A stretch of DNA of 64,000 nucleotides from positions 23,622,001 to 23,686,000 of the forward strand of contig NC_043000.1 of NCBI RefSeq assembly GCF_006345805.1, written 5' to 3'. Under the pieces are notes generated by a model. The model searched no databases. It was not told the origin of the DNA and worked only from the letters and a program-made list of their open reading frames with translations. Shown here piece by piece: positions 38,401-46,800 of the stretch; within the stretch, counting starts at the first letter, position 1; the number at the start of each line of letters is the position of its first letter. The translations under genes were made by a program, and so were the position numbers. The DNA comes from Octopus sinensis (Eukaryota).

Positions 38401-41400
38401 TGCACTAAAAAGGAATAATCTTTTCTACTCTACGCACAAGGCCAGAAGTTTTGGGGGAGGGCCCCAGTCAATTAGATCGACCCTTGTATGCAACTGGTAC
38501 TTAATTTATCGACCCTGAAAGGATGAAAGGCAAAAATCGACCTTAGAATTTGAACTTAGAACGTAAAGACAGATGAAATACTGCTAAGCATTTTTCCTGG
38601 CATGCTAACATTTCAGCCAGCTCGCTGCTGGAATATTAATAGAGGCTTGAAACTGAAGGACCAAGTCTTGAAAGCAGCTGAGTTTTCTCTTTGGCAAACA
38701 CTGTAATGTTATATGTGTGAGAGAGAGAGAGAGAGAGAGAGTAAAAATAATTTGATGATGTATCAATTCTCTTTCCCTGAAGATGGTTCACATTGCTATA
38801 TTCTTTGTATTTTTTAAAATATTATTTTCTACTCTAGGCACATGGCCCAAAATTTTTAAGGAGGGGAGATGGCCAGTTGATTAGAGCAATCCCAGTATGC
38901 AACTGGTACTTAATTTATCGACCGCCGAAAGGATGAAAGGCAAAGTTGACCGCAGCAGAATTTGAACTCAGAACATAAAAACAGATGAAATACGCTAAGC
39001 ATTTCGGCCTGAGATGCTAACATTTCTGCCAGCTCGCTGCTTTAATATTTTTGAAATATTTATTTATTGCCCACAGGAAGCTAAACATAGAGGGGACAAA
39101 CAAGGGGAAACAAAGGGATTAAGTCGATTACATTGACCCCAGTACATAACTGGTACTTATTTAATTGATCCCGAAAGGATGAAAGGCAAAAATAACCTCG
39201 GCAGAATTTGAACTCAGAACATAACAGCAGACGAAATACCGCTAAGCATTTCGCCTGGCATGCTAACGTTTCTGCCAGCTTGCTGCCTTAATATTTTTTT
39301 AAATATTAATTCAAAAATGTTTTCTTTCTGCCTGCAGTCAAATGAAATCTCCTGGCATTACTACAGTGATTGATGGAAAATCTAAAACTCTGTACATGAA
39401 ATCTGTAAAATCAATTGAAGTAAAGACGCGAGACAACTTGAAGAAAACACTAAAAGGTATGGTCCTAAATTATGTAAATTTTATTCATTAGTTCCACCTA
39501 TTGTTGACTGATTGGATTATCCCAGTTGCCACCTGCTTTGACATCTTGTTACTACTTATATCACTTTCCAGCTCCAGCTCCCTCTTTTCTAAAATCTGAG
39601 TGGTTATGTAGCCCCTCTTCAGCAAGAAACCCGTTCTGCTCTGGCTCTTCATTTCTTCTACTTTACCCCTATCTATTCCTTACTCTTCCAGCATAAAGGT
39701 CCTCTTTCTCATTCGAGGTTTGTAGTCTTGCAAGTTGCATGGTGACCTCAGTGGTGCTTGGTGGCATGAAAACATACCCTGTACATGCTGTAAAGTGTTT
39801 GCTATTTAGGAAGGGCATCCAGGAGCGGAAACCATGCCAAACAGACACTGGAACATGATGTGGCCCTTGGGCCCATCAGATCCTATTAAACCATACAAAC
39901 CATGCAACCCATGCCAACGTAAAATACAGCCATTAAATGATGAAGATCGTTTTCTAAACTTTACTAATAATGTTAACATTGCCATGTTATATACTTTGCA
40001 AGGTAGTAATGATTGTGAGATTATCATTTGTGGAGATTAGAAATAGGCTTTTTCAATTCAGGAATGAAATCAATCAAATCAATCTAAAGCAAAATCAATT
40101 CGATGACTGGTGTCCATACTAGTAGGATGCCAAGAACACCATCTGAGCGTGATCGTTGCCAGAGCAGCCAACTGGCTTCCGTACCAGTGGCACGTAAAAG
40201 GGCAACATTCGAGCATGATCGTTACCAATGTTGCCTTACTGGCACCTGTGCTGGTGGTATGTGTAAAAGGATTCGAGCGAGGTCGTTGCCAGTACCACCT
40301 AACTGGCCCCCGTGCCGGTGGCACGTAAAAAGCAGCCACTGCACTCTCGGAGTGGTTGGCATTAGGAAGGGCATCCAGCTGTAGAAAATCAAGATTGGAG
40401 CCTGGTGCAGCCATCTGGTTCACCAGCCCTCAGTCAAAATCGTCCAACCCATGCCAGCATGGACGTTAAACGATGATGATGAATGGTGTTTTTGATAGAC
40501 AGAAACTGAAAGAAGCTTGTTGTGTGTGTTTGTGGTTCCTTGTTATAAACGAGTATCAGTTTTTCAAGTAGTATCATGTTTCAAATCATCATTATCAACA
40601 TTTAATGTCCTTTTTCTATGCTGGCATGAGTTGGATGGTTTGACAGGAGCTGGAGAGCTGCACCAGGGCTCCAATTGTCTGTTTTGGCATGGTTTCTATG
40701 GCTGGATGCCCTCCCTAATCTCTTCTGCAAATTTATTTGGCCATGGGGAAATATGAGGGCTGGCAACAAGATGTACATCTTGTCATAAAAAAACAAAAGA
40801 AATGTTTGCCTCAATGAAATTCTATCTGATCCATGCAAGCATGGAAAAGTGGATATTAAAATTATGATTATAGGAAGTGCCATGTATGCTATCTAGCAAT
40901 CCATATCTATGGAGTCTCAGTGATTTTGTTCTACTCCACTTGTACCATTCACAAAAAAAAGATAAAAAAAACAAAACAGGATGAACATCGCTTAATCCCA
41001 TCCTCACCTCACTCCTATAAATCTTAAACCTGTACATCTGTATGTCAGTATCTCCTATTCTCTTGAGCACATTGAGCAGTAAGTTGATGCCACTGGTTTA
41101 TTTCTCTGCAGCCAGCCATGGTGATATTGGCCTCTCTCGTGTTGGCTATGAATGTTCTGTTTTCGGTCTTCCCCCTTTTCTTTTACCCTCCAGTGGTGTC
41201 CATTTGAAAGCTGTTTTAGAATGGTGTTGTTCTGGTTGCTGGGATATGTGACCTGCTTGTTTTTAATCTTCATTCCGTGATGATTTGGTAAGTGATCTTG
41301 TGATGGTTCTCTTGAGAATGTCTTCATTGGTCATGTGGTCTCGCTAGTCCTTTCTAAGAATCCTTTTCAAACATGCCCCAAAGTCCATCCCCTCCTCACG

Positions 41401-41818
41401 GTGGTGGGGACACTGGCAACGGGTAGTGTCAGAGCTATGCCATTGGGAACTTCGGCAAACAGGATGTCTCCACATGCAGGATTGTTGGGGACCGCTTGTG
41501 AAATCCACATATTCTCACGAAACTTCTTCCATGAGTAGAAGAAGCCGACTCAACCCGCCCAGGGTGAATGTCGCCACAAGTACAAGTATCTTTGGTGGAA
41601 CACATCTAGCTGTCAGTTTTCATGGTGCTCTTCCACATCTCACAGACATAAAAGAAATATTGATAGAACTAAATGTAAACAATTCTTACTTTTACCATTT
41701 TTTCTTTTGTTTTTCAGAGCTTGGTTTAACGAATGGTCAAGAAATATATGTTGCTGACCAGACAACACCCACATCAATCACCTTTAAATTAAACTTGACG
41801 AGTCACATGGAAAAATAA
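3106..41818 (+). CDS. UBA3: UBA3, NEDD8-activating enzyme E1 catalytic subunit; 5'-partial, 13 exons, 1140 nt incl. stop
   Basis: Exons joined by hand give one open frame: [41 protein letters not shown]...[13 protein letters not shown]...[19 protein letters not shown]...[19 protein letters not shown]...[12 protein letters not shown]. All splice phases are compatible. Motifs match UBA3 as I recall it. Confidence 0.97.
3577..4154 (+). mobile_element. tRNA-derived SINE family B, trimer (one full unit and two A-box-less units; last unit has tail type 2)
   Basis: Head ggtagcgagctggcagaaacgttagc; B box gagttcaaattcc; core cctttcatcctttcggggtcgat...agtaccag repeated three times. Confidence 0.88.
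4595..8340 (-). mobile_element. Cluster of four family A RTE 3' ends on - (about 4595-4950, 6745-7140, 7540-7800, 8125-8340), interspersed with SINEs
   Basis: (ATC)n followed by gtttaacgtccgctttccatgctagcatgggttgg...ttctacagctggatgcccttcctaac. Confidence 0.85.
5455..5825 (-). mobile_element. tRNA/CORE-type SINE family C (OR2-like) with internal (CA)n(TA)n; other copies at about 9935-10325 +, 13065-13460 -, 15195-15450 -, 48085-48455 -, 62375-62745 +
   Basis: Head tggctgtgtggtaagtagcttgct...gggttcagtccc; CORE-like gcaccttgggcaagtgtctt; tail ggtgctccagcatggccacag...tgactgaaacaagtaaaaga. The OR2 name is from recall. Confidence 0.8.
10386..10614. mobile_element. TTAA-bounded MITE (piggyBac-like); further copies at 29349-29570 and 37686-37914
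   Basis: TTAA-CCCTTTCGTTAC...GTAACGAAAGGG-TTAA; about 220-nt internal sequence shared by the three copies. Confidence 0.85.
10689..10769 (+). CDS. UBA3: UBA3 exon (81 nt), [27 protein letters not shown]; ends at a U12 AT donor
   Basis: tttcag| acceptor; followed by ATATCCTTTG. Confidence 0.95.
10874..11213 (-). mobile_element. Non-autonomous Helitron
   Basis: On -: 5' A|TCTCTAAACGGC...gtctgtctgtgtgtgt; subterminal hairpin at 10882-10904; 3' CTAG|T; inserted between A and T; no TSD. Confidence 0.8.
12125..12790 (-). mobile_element. Degenerate RTE-clade LINE 3' fragment; a related copy lies at about 41043-41650
   Basis: Both copies share ctcttgagcacattgagcagtaag (C-terminal AQCAQE). The 41 kb copy reads ...VFHQRY...[12 protein letters not shown]...AGHI, typical of the end of an RTE RT ORF. 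Confidence 0.6.
14162..14205 (+). CDS. UBA3: UBA3 exon (44 nt), [14 protein letters not shown]
   Basis: Follows the AC acceptor; |gtaagt donor; resembles recalled human HFNKIQDFNDTFYRQ. Confidence 0.94.
16550..17414. repeat. Compound microsatellite region: (TCTA)n, (TA)n, (TG)n, (TC)n(AT)16(GA)n
   Basis: Direct reading. Confidence 0.95.
17681..17745 (+). CDS. UBA3: UBA3 exon (65 nt), [22 protein letters not shown]
   Basis: tttacag| acceptor and |gtgagt donor; GLDS-x-x-ARRW motif. Confidence 0.96.
18123..18549 (+). mobile_element. SINE family B head-to-tail dimer (tail type 2) with a 19-bp TSD
   Basis: aatatcaactttgttgtaa at 18104-18122 and 18550-18568 flanks both units. Confidence 0.92.
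19152..19585. mobile_element. Second TTAA-bounded MITE type, interrupted by SINE fragments
   Basis: ttaaccatttagcatt ... aatgctaaagggttaa termini. Confidence 0.6.
22205..22619 (+). mobile_element. SINE family B dimer (one full unit and one A-box-less unit; tail type 1) with a 16-bp TSD
   Basis: agaagcaa(t/c)catattg at 22183-22198 and 22620-22635. Confidence 0.88.
23640..24030 (+). mobile_element. Family A copy retaining the end of the RTE ORF
   Basis: gtgttgggcctcacggagacaatgacc...gtgcttgagaaga reads VLGLTETMT...VLEK, matching an RTE ORF C-terminus. Similar ORF ends precede the UTR at about 29670 and 31150. Confidence 0.75.
25659..26013. mobile_element. Fold-back MITE; about 170-bp inverted arms, 18-nt spacer; Tc1/mariner-like TA|CAGG end
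   Basis: Arms 25659-25830 and 25849-26013 are near reverse complements, e.g. atatttacgaagtaatttcacgttaaa / tttaacgtgaaattacttcgtaaatat. Confidence 0.88.
26016..26260 (+). mobile_element. RTE LINE 3' fragment with a degenerate C-terminal C2H2 zinc finger
   Basis: Translation [21 protein letters not shown] resembles the CPTCxRxFRARIGLISHxRTH terminus of RTE ORFs. Confidence 0.65.
26572..26727 (+). CDS. UBA3: UBA3 exon (156 nt), [52 protein letters not shown]
   Basis: tttcag| acceptor and |gtatga donor; DGGTEGFKG motif and first zinc CxxC. Confidence 0.97.
28349..28660. mobile_element. Fold-back (palindromic) element; about 134-bp arms, about 44-nt spacer
   Basis: Arms 28349-28482 and 28527-28660 are near reverse complements. 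The ORF track shows nearly the same peptide on both strands. Confidence 0.88.
29084..29186 (+). CDS. UBA3: UBA3 exon (103 nt) with catalytic Cys (TGT 29099-29101), [34 protein letters not shown]
   Basis: tttag| acceptor and |gtaaac donor; E1 active-site motif PxCTxxxxP and PEHCI. Confidence 0.97.
30564..30677 (+). CDS. UBA3: UBA3 exon (114 nt), [38 protein letters not shown]
   Basis: tttcag| acceptor and |gtacca donor. Confidence 0.95.
31828..31881 (+). CDS. UBA3: UBA3 exon (54 nt), [17 protein letters not shown]
   Basis: gtacag| acceptor and |gtaaat donor; IIPAxASTNA motif. Confidence 0.96.
32266..32302 (+). CDS. UBA3: UBA3 exon (37 nt), [13 protein letters not shown]
   Basis: ttcag| acceptor and |gtgagt donor. 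Confidence 0.93.
34448..34529 (+). CDS. UBA3: UBA3 exon (82 nt), [27 protein letters not shown]
   Basis: Long T tract, ccag| acceptor and |gtttgt donor. Confidence 0.95.
36181..36554 (+). mobile_element. Helitron PIF1-type helicase C-terminal remnant (frameshifted)
   Basis: [22 protein letters not shown] ... [53 protein letters not shown], matching the LRNL..LCNGTRL, FAMTINKSQGQ and FSHGQLYVAxSR motifs. Confidence 0.85.
38046..38146 (+). CDS. UBA3: UBA3 exon (101 nt), [34 protein letters not shown]
   Basis: tccag| acceptor and |gtaagt donor; second zinc CxxC. Confidence 0.95.
38420..39290 (-). mobile_element. Three SINE family B copies on -
   Basis: Reverse complement of head, core and tails; the last copy is flanked by aatattttt(t/g)aaatatt-like duplications. 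Confidence 0.8.
39338..39456 (+). CDS. UBA3: UBA3 exon (119 nt), [39 protein letters not shown]
   Basis: ctgcag| acceptor and |gtatgg donor; ubiquitin-fold (E2-binding) domain. Confidence 0.95.
41718..41818 (+). CDS. UBA3: UBA3 last coding exon, [33 protein letters not shown]
   Basis: ttttcag| acceptor; TAA at 41816-41818. Confidence 0.95.
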
Positions 41819-41960
41819 GAAGCCTGCCATTATTATCCAAAACCAAAACGAAAGACATTCTTAGGATCTGTTGATCCTTTTCTACATTTCTTCACTTGCT
41901 TCTGCCTAATTTTTATATGCAAGCCTTTTTTTTTTTTTTTCACTGTGGATTAGATAAATG

Positions 41961-41966
41961 AATAAA
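41961..41966 (+). terminator. Candidate UBA3 polyadenylation signal AATAAA
   Basis: First AATAAA after the stop, about 140 nt downstream. Confidence 0.55.
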
Positions 41967-42859
41967 AACAATTAATGTTATTTAATTAGGCATGTTTCAT
42001 TTGGAATATAGACCATTTTAGAGATAAAGTATTGTGATAGTGATTTATGTCAGCAGCGAGTTGGAGGAGTCATTAGCATACTGATAAGGTACTTTGCGAG
42101 ATGGCAGAAATGTTGGACCGCAGGGCGAAATGCTTAGCGGTATTTCGTCCGCCACTGTGTTCTGAGTTCAAATTCCACCGAGGTCGATTAAATAAGTACC
42201 AGTTACACACTGGTGTCGATATAATCGACTTAATCCGTTTGTCTATCCTTGTTAGTTTCCTCTGTGTTTAGCCCCTTGTGGGTAGTAAAGAAATAGGTAC
42301 TTTGTAATATTTCTTCTGACACCTGACACTGAATTCAGATTGCACCAAGGTAAATTTTGCTTTCATCTTTTTAGGGGTCAACAGAAAAAGTGCTATGGTC
42401 GATTCCTTGTGCTGGTTGTTGTGGTTCTTTGTGTTGCGTTTGAAATCCTGCCATAGCTTACTGGGATTGTAGACATAATCTGGTGTCTTGAGTGCCTTTA
42501 GCAGAGTCCATTCTCTTACAAACATTTGAGCCAGGTTTCAGAATCCACTCCCACTCTCTCCTTCCATTCCACCAGCCTCAGAGGCCCTTTAAAAGGTCAT
42601 GGGTGCCGGTTTCCCCTCCTGATTAAAAGATGAAAAGTAAAATTTCTTTAGTGAGGTAGCGATTCAATTGCTAATCACATGACTCTAGAAGAAAGGTGTT
42701 TACAAGATAAATTCTAAAATCTGATCAAAAAAATCCAGGAAATATTTGAATTTATAGAACAAGCTAACGCTGTCTTGCCCAGATAAAATTTTTGTAGAAT
42801 AGAACTGAAAATAAACCAGATAAAATAATCAGGAAATCAAACCTTGTCACAGTTATTGT

Positions 42860-43134
42860 GTTCCTTCTTGAGCTATGCCTGGCTCATAAGGGCCGGTTTC
42901 CTTGGCGTATAGGTTCCCCACCTGGATGGGATGCCAGTCCGTCACAGGTGAGCTGCAAGATGCAGGAGGAAAGAGTGAGAGAAAGTTATGGCAAAAGAGT
43001 TAGCAGAAGTTCGCCATTACCTTCTGCTGGAGCCACATGGAGCTTAGGTGTTTCGCTCATAAACACACACATCACCCGGTCTGAGATTTGAACCCGCGAC
43101 CCCTGCTCTAACCACTAGGCCATGTGCCTCCATG
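42860..43134 (-). mobile_element. tRNA-derived SINE family F with a 10-bp TSD, in the intergenic gap
   Basis: cagttattgt at 42850-42859 and 43135-43144; same family as 60405-60678. Confidence 0.88.
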
Positions 43135-43711
43135 CAGTTATTGTATTGGGAAACAAGGTCCATAGCTTTGGCTTACAATAGACACTATTCTTTCACTGTT
43201 CATTTAAAAAACAGTAGGAAGAGCAGCCAATTGGTTGATAAAGAGTTTCAGGTGTATGGCACCTTGGGCAAGTGTCTTCTACAGCCCCAGGCTGACCAAA
43301 GCCTTATGAGTGGATTCATTTGATGGAAACTGAAAGAAGACTTGTGTGTGTCTCCATGTAAATTTTGGTGAAGAAAACAAAGTCAGTGCTCTTTGAACAA
43401 AACCCTTTACAATATTTGTTCTGCACTTAGTTACAGGCACTCCCTTTATAATTCTCACTATCCGAAATGTAATGAATCAATGATTGACCTATTGGAAACC
43501 TGTATTAAAATAAAATAAGATAAAAACTAAGATAAATAAACTTTATTACACAATGTTGCATTTATATATTTACAGTAGTCATCAATATATTTTACATGAA
43601 AAGCAACTGAGGTTATTTACATTCTGAGATTACAAACAATACCAAACCTGGTAAACTGTGTACAAAACAAAAAATATCACGAATTACATAAATCAATAAT
43701 AAAATTAATAT

Positions 43712-43717
43712 TTTATT
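43712..43717 (-). terminator. Candidate FBXO7 polyadenylation signal AATAAA (a second lies at 43542-43547)
   Basis: tttatt on the + strand, about 100 nt past the stop. Confidence 0.5.
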
Positions 43718-43819
43718 GCAAGGATTATCTGTGTTTGAAAACTGATGGTAAAAAAGAAAGTTTCTTCATCTTCTTTGATCTCAGTGAGTAGTAATTGAAG
43801 TAGACTTTTCTGATATTGC

Positions 43820-43854
43820 CTACATGAATGGATCTCGGAAGAGTCTTGACCTGG
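43820..43854 (-). CDS. FBXO7: FBXO7 probable last coding exon, TRSRLFRDPFM*
   Basis: cttttgcag| acceptor in the required phase; TAG at 43822-43820; ends in FM as I recall the human protein does. Confidence 0.75.
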
Positions 43855-46800
43855 CTGCAAAAGATAGTTAAAACTGAATTTTAAAAGCTGATTATATCCA
43901 ACGTACTCTCATTTTGCTAAAAAAATTAAGCAATTATTTTGTTTCCCCAGAGGGGGGTAAATTTGGTAAAAGCCTGTGGTTTCTTATTTCTTTCTTACCC
44001 ATATGGGGCTAAACATAGAGGGGACAAACAAGGACAGACAAATGGATTAAGTCGATTACATCGACTCCAGTGAGTAACTGGTACTTAATTTATCGACCCC
44101 GAAAGAACGTAAAGACAGATAAAATACCTATTTCTTTACTACCCACAAGGGGCTAAACACAGAGAGGACAAACAAACGGATTAAGTCGATTATATTGACC
44201 CCAGTGAGTAACTGGTACTTAATTTATCGACCCCGAAAGGACCAGGAGGTGGTGGTAAACTGAATGATGGATTAAGTCTACCACCCACAAACAGAAACAA
44301 TCTCTGTGATGGGCTTTCACACAGTTTCCATCTACCAAATGCCATTTACAAGGTTTTGGATAGTAGGAAACATTGCCTAAAGTGTTGCACAGTGGGACTG
44401 AACTCTCAACACCTAAGTGCAAAGTAAACTTCTTAAAATCACACAGCTATGTCTGCATTTTCAAGCATCTCTGGTGCACTCAGTCCTTTCTTCAGCAGAC
44501 AGATTGAGAAGGCCCGGTAACTAAAGTGAGATCGCAGCCACGCATGTCTGGCCCTGTTGAGAATACTCCTGATGCATTGGGTGATATGATATGCTTGAGA
44601 AGTAAAACCAATATCGTAGCTGTGTCCAGTTCCCCCTGACAGGCTCCCATGCCAGTAGCATGCAAAAAGCACCATAGTTGATGCCAGGCTTGCTTGACTG
44701 GCTCCTGTGCTGGTGGCACATAACAAGCACCCACTACACTCTCAGAGTGGTTAGCATTAGGATGGTCATCCAGCTGTAGAAACATTGCCAGATCAGATTG
44801 GAGCCTGGTACAGCCACCAGCTCTCCAGACCTCAGTCAAACCGTCCAACCCATGCCAGCATGGAAAACAGATGTTAAACAATGATGAAGATCGACAGTTA
44901 AGTGAGCCATATTTCAGTTTATTCCCCTCCCTAAATAATTTCCTGCATCTTTGGTACACAGATAAAATTATCCAGAAACATACTTACTGCTAAAGTACGC
45001 TGGTTGTAGGTCATAGTCTCCGCCAATAGTTGAGAAAGGTGATGGCTGTGGTGCGGGAGGGGGGAAGCAAAAAGGATGAGGCATCTGGAAGCACAAAGGA
45101 TTTAGTGGACCTCGCAACACTTCAGTTCGTTTCTGAGACTGATACAGTCCCTTATATTTCTGTGGAGAAAATATTTTCATTGTTAAGCATAACAAAAAAA
45201 AAAAAAAAAAAGAAAAAGAAAAAATCAACTTGCATAGAATATTGGAAACTTAAACAACTTCCTCCAGTTTATTTTTTAATTTGTGAGTGGAATATAATTT
45301 GAGTTAATTATGGAATGACAACAAAATGTAATTATTTAAACTAATTGGTAGATCCTGTAGTTTATCTACTTACCTGGTGATGCTGGCAAGCTATTATATT
45401 GATTAGAAGAAATATCAACATTGGTTTTGAATTTGGGCACAAGGCCAGCAATTACAGGGGTGGGGACTAGTTTGTTACATTGACCCTACTGCTCAACTTG
45501 TATTTATTTTATTGACCCCCAAAAGGATGGAATGCAAAAATTAACTTCAGAATTTAGTAAAATTGTTGTCAATTATAAAGCTGGGGTAAGACTGAGCTGG
45601 CAGAATCATTGCCAAAGGTGCCCTACAGTGGGAAATTAGGATTATTATTATGAAATGCGTGGGTCATTGCCAGTGCTGCCTGACTGGCTCCCTGTGCGGT
45701 GGCACATAAAAAGCACCATCTGAATGTGGTTGATGCTAGCCTGAACTGGCTCCTGTGCTGGTAGCATGTAAAAAGCACCATCCTAACAAGGCCAATGCCA
45801 GTGCCGCCTGACTGGCTCCCGTGCCGGTGGCACATAAAAAGCACCCACTACACTCTTGGAGTGGTTGGCATTAGGAAGGGCATCCAGCTGTAGAAACATT
45901 GCCAGATCAGATTGCAGCCTGGTGTGGCCTCCTGGACTGCCAGTCTCCAGTCAAACCGTCCAACCCATATCAGCATGGAAAACGAATGTTAAATGATGAT
46001 GATGAGGATGAAATAAAGTGACAAGATGGCAGAATTGTGAGTATATCAAACAAAATGCTTGGCAGCATTTCTTATGGCTTTACATTCTGAGTTCAAATTC
46101 CACTGACGTAGACTTTGCTTTTCATTTTTTCAGAGTTGATAAATTAAGTACCAGTTGTGTACTGGAGTCAGTACACAACTGACTAGTTTTCAGGCCTTGT
46201 GCCTTTAATAGAAAGGATTATTATTATTATTAAGGCAGCGAGCTGGCAGAATCGTTAGCATGCCAGGCAAAATGCTTAGCAGTATTTCATCTGTCGCTAT
46301 GTTCTGAGGTCAACTTTGCCTGTCATTCTTTCAGGGTCAATAAATGAAGTACCAGTTATGCACTGGGGTCAATCTAATCGATAATCTCCCTCCCTTGAAT
46401 TTCAGGCCTTGTGCCTTTAGTAGAAAGAATTATTATTATTAGAGACTTACTTTTCTCCAGTCATTAGCAACATCTGTTGTGTCACATCCTGAAAAAGATT
46501 TGAAGTCCATTTAGATAAAGACAATAATAGTAATTTCAAAAAAGGACATTGTAGTAAACAAAAAATGCCAAGAACCCTGTCCCCATAAAACTGAATTGGG
46601 GATATTTCTTGTGAGAATTTGGCAAAGAGCAAAGTAATTTGCACTTATTGACACACGGGCACCATTTGAGCGTGATTGTTACCAGCGACGCCTTACTGGC
46701 ACTTGTGCTGGTGGCATGTGAAAAAACATTCGAGCGAGGTCGTTGCCAGTGCCGCTGGACTGGCTCCTGTGCAGGTAGCATGTAAAAAACACCATTTGAG

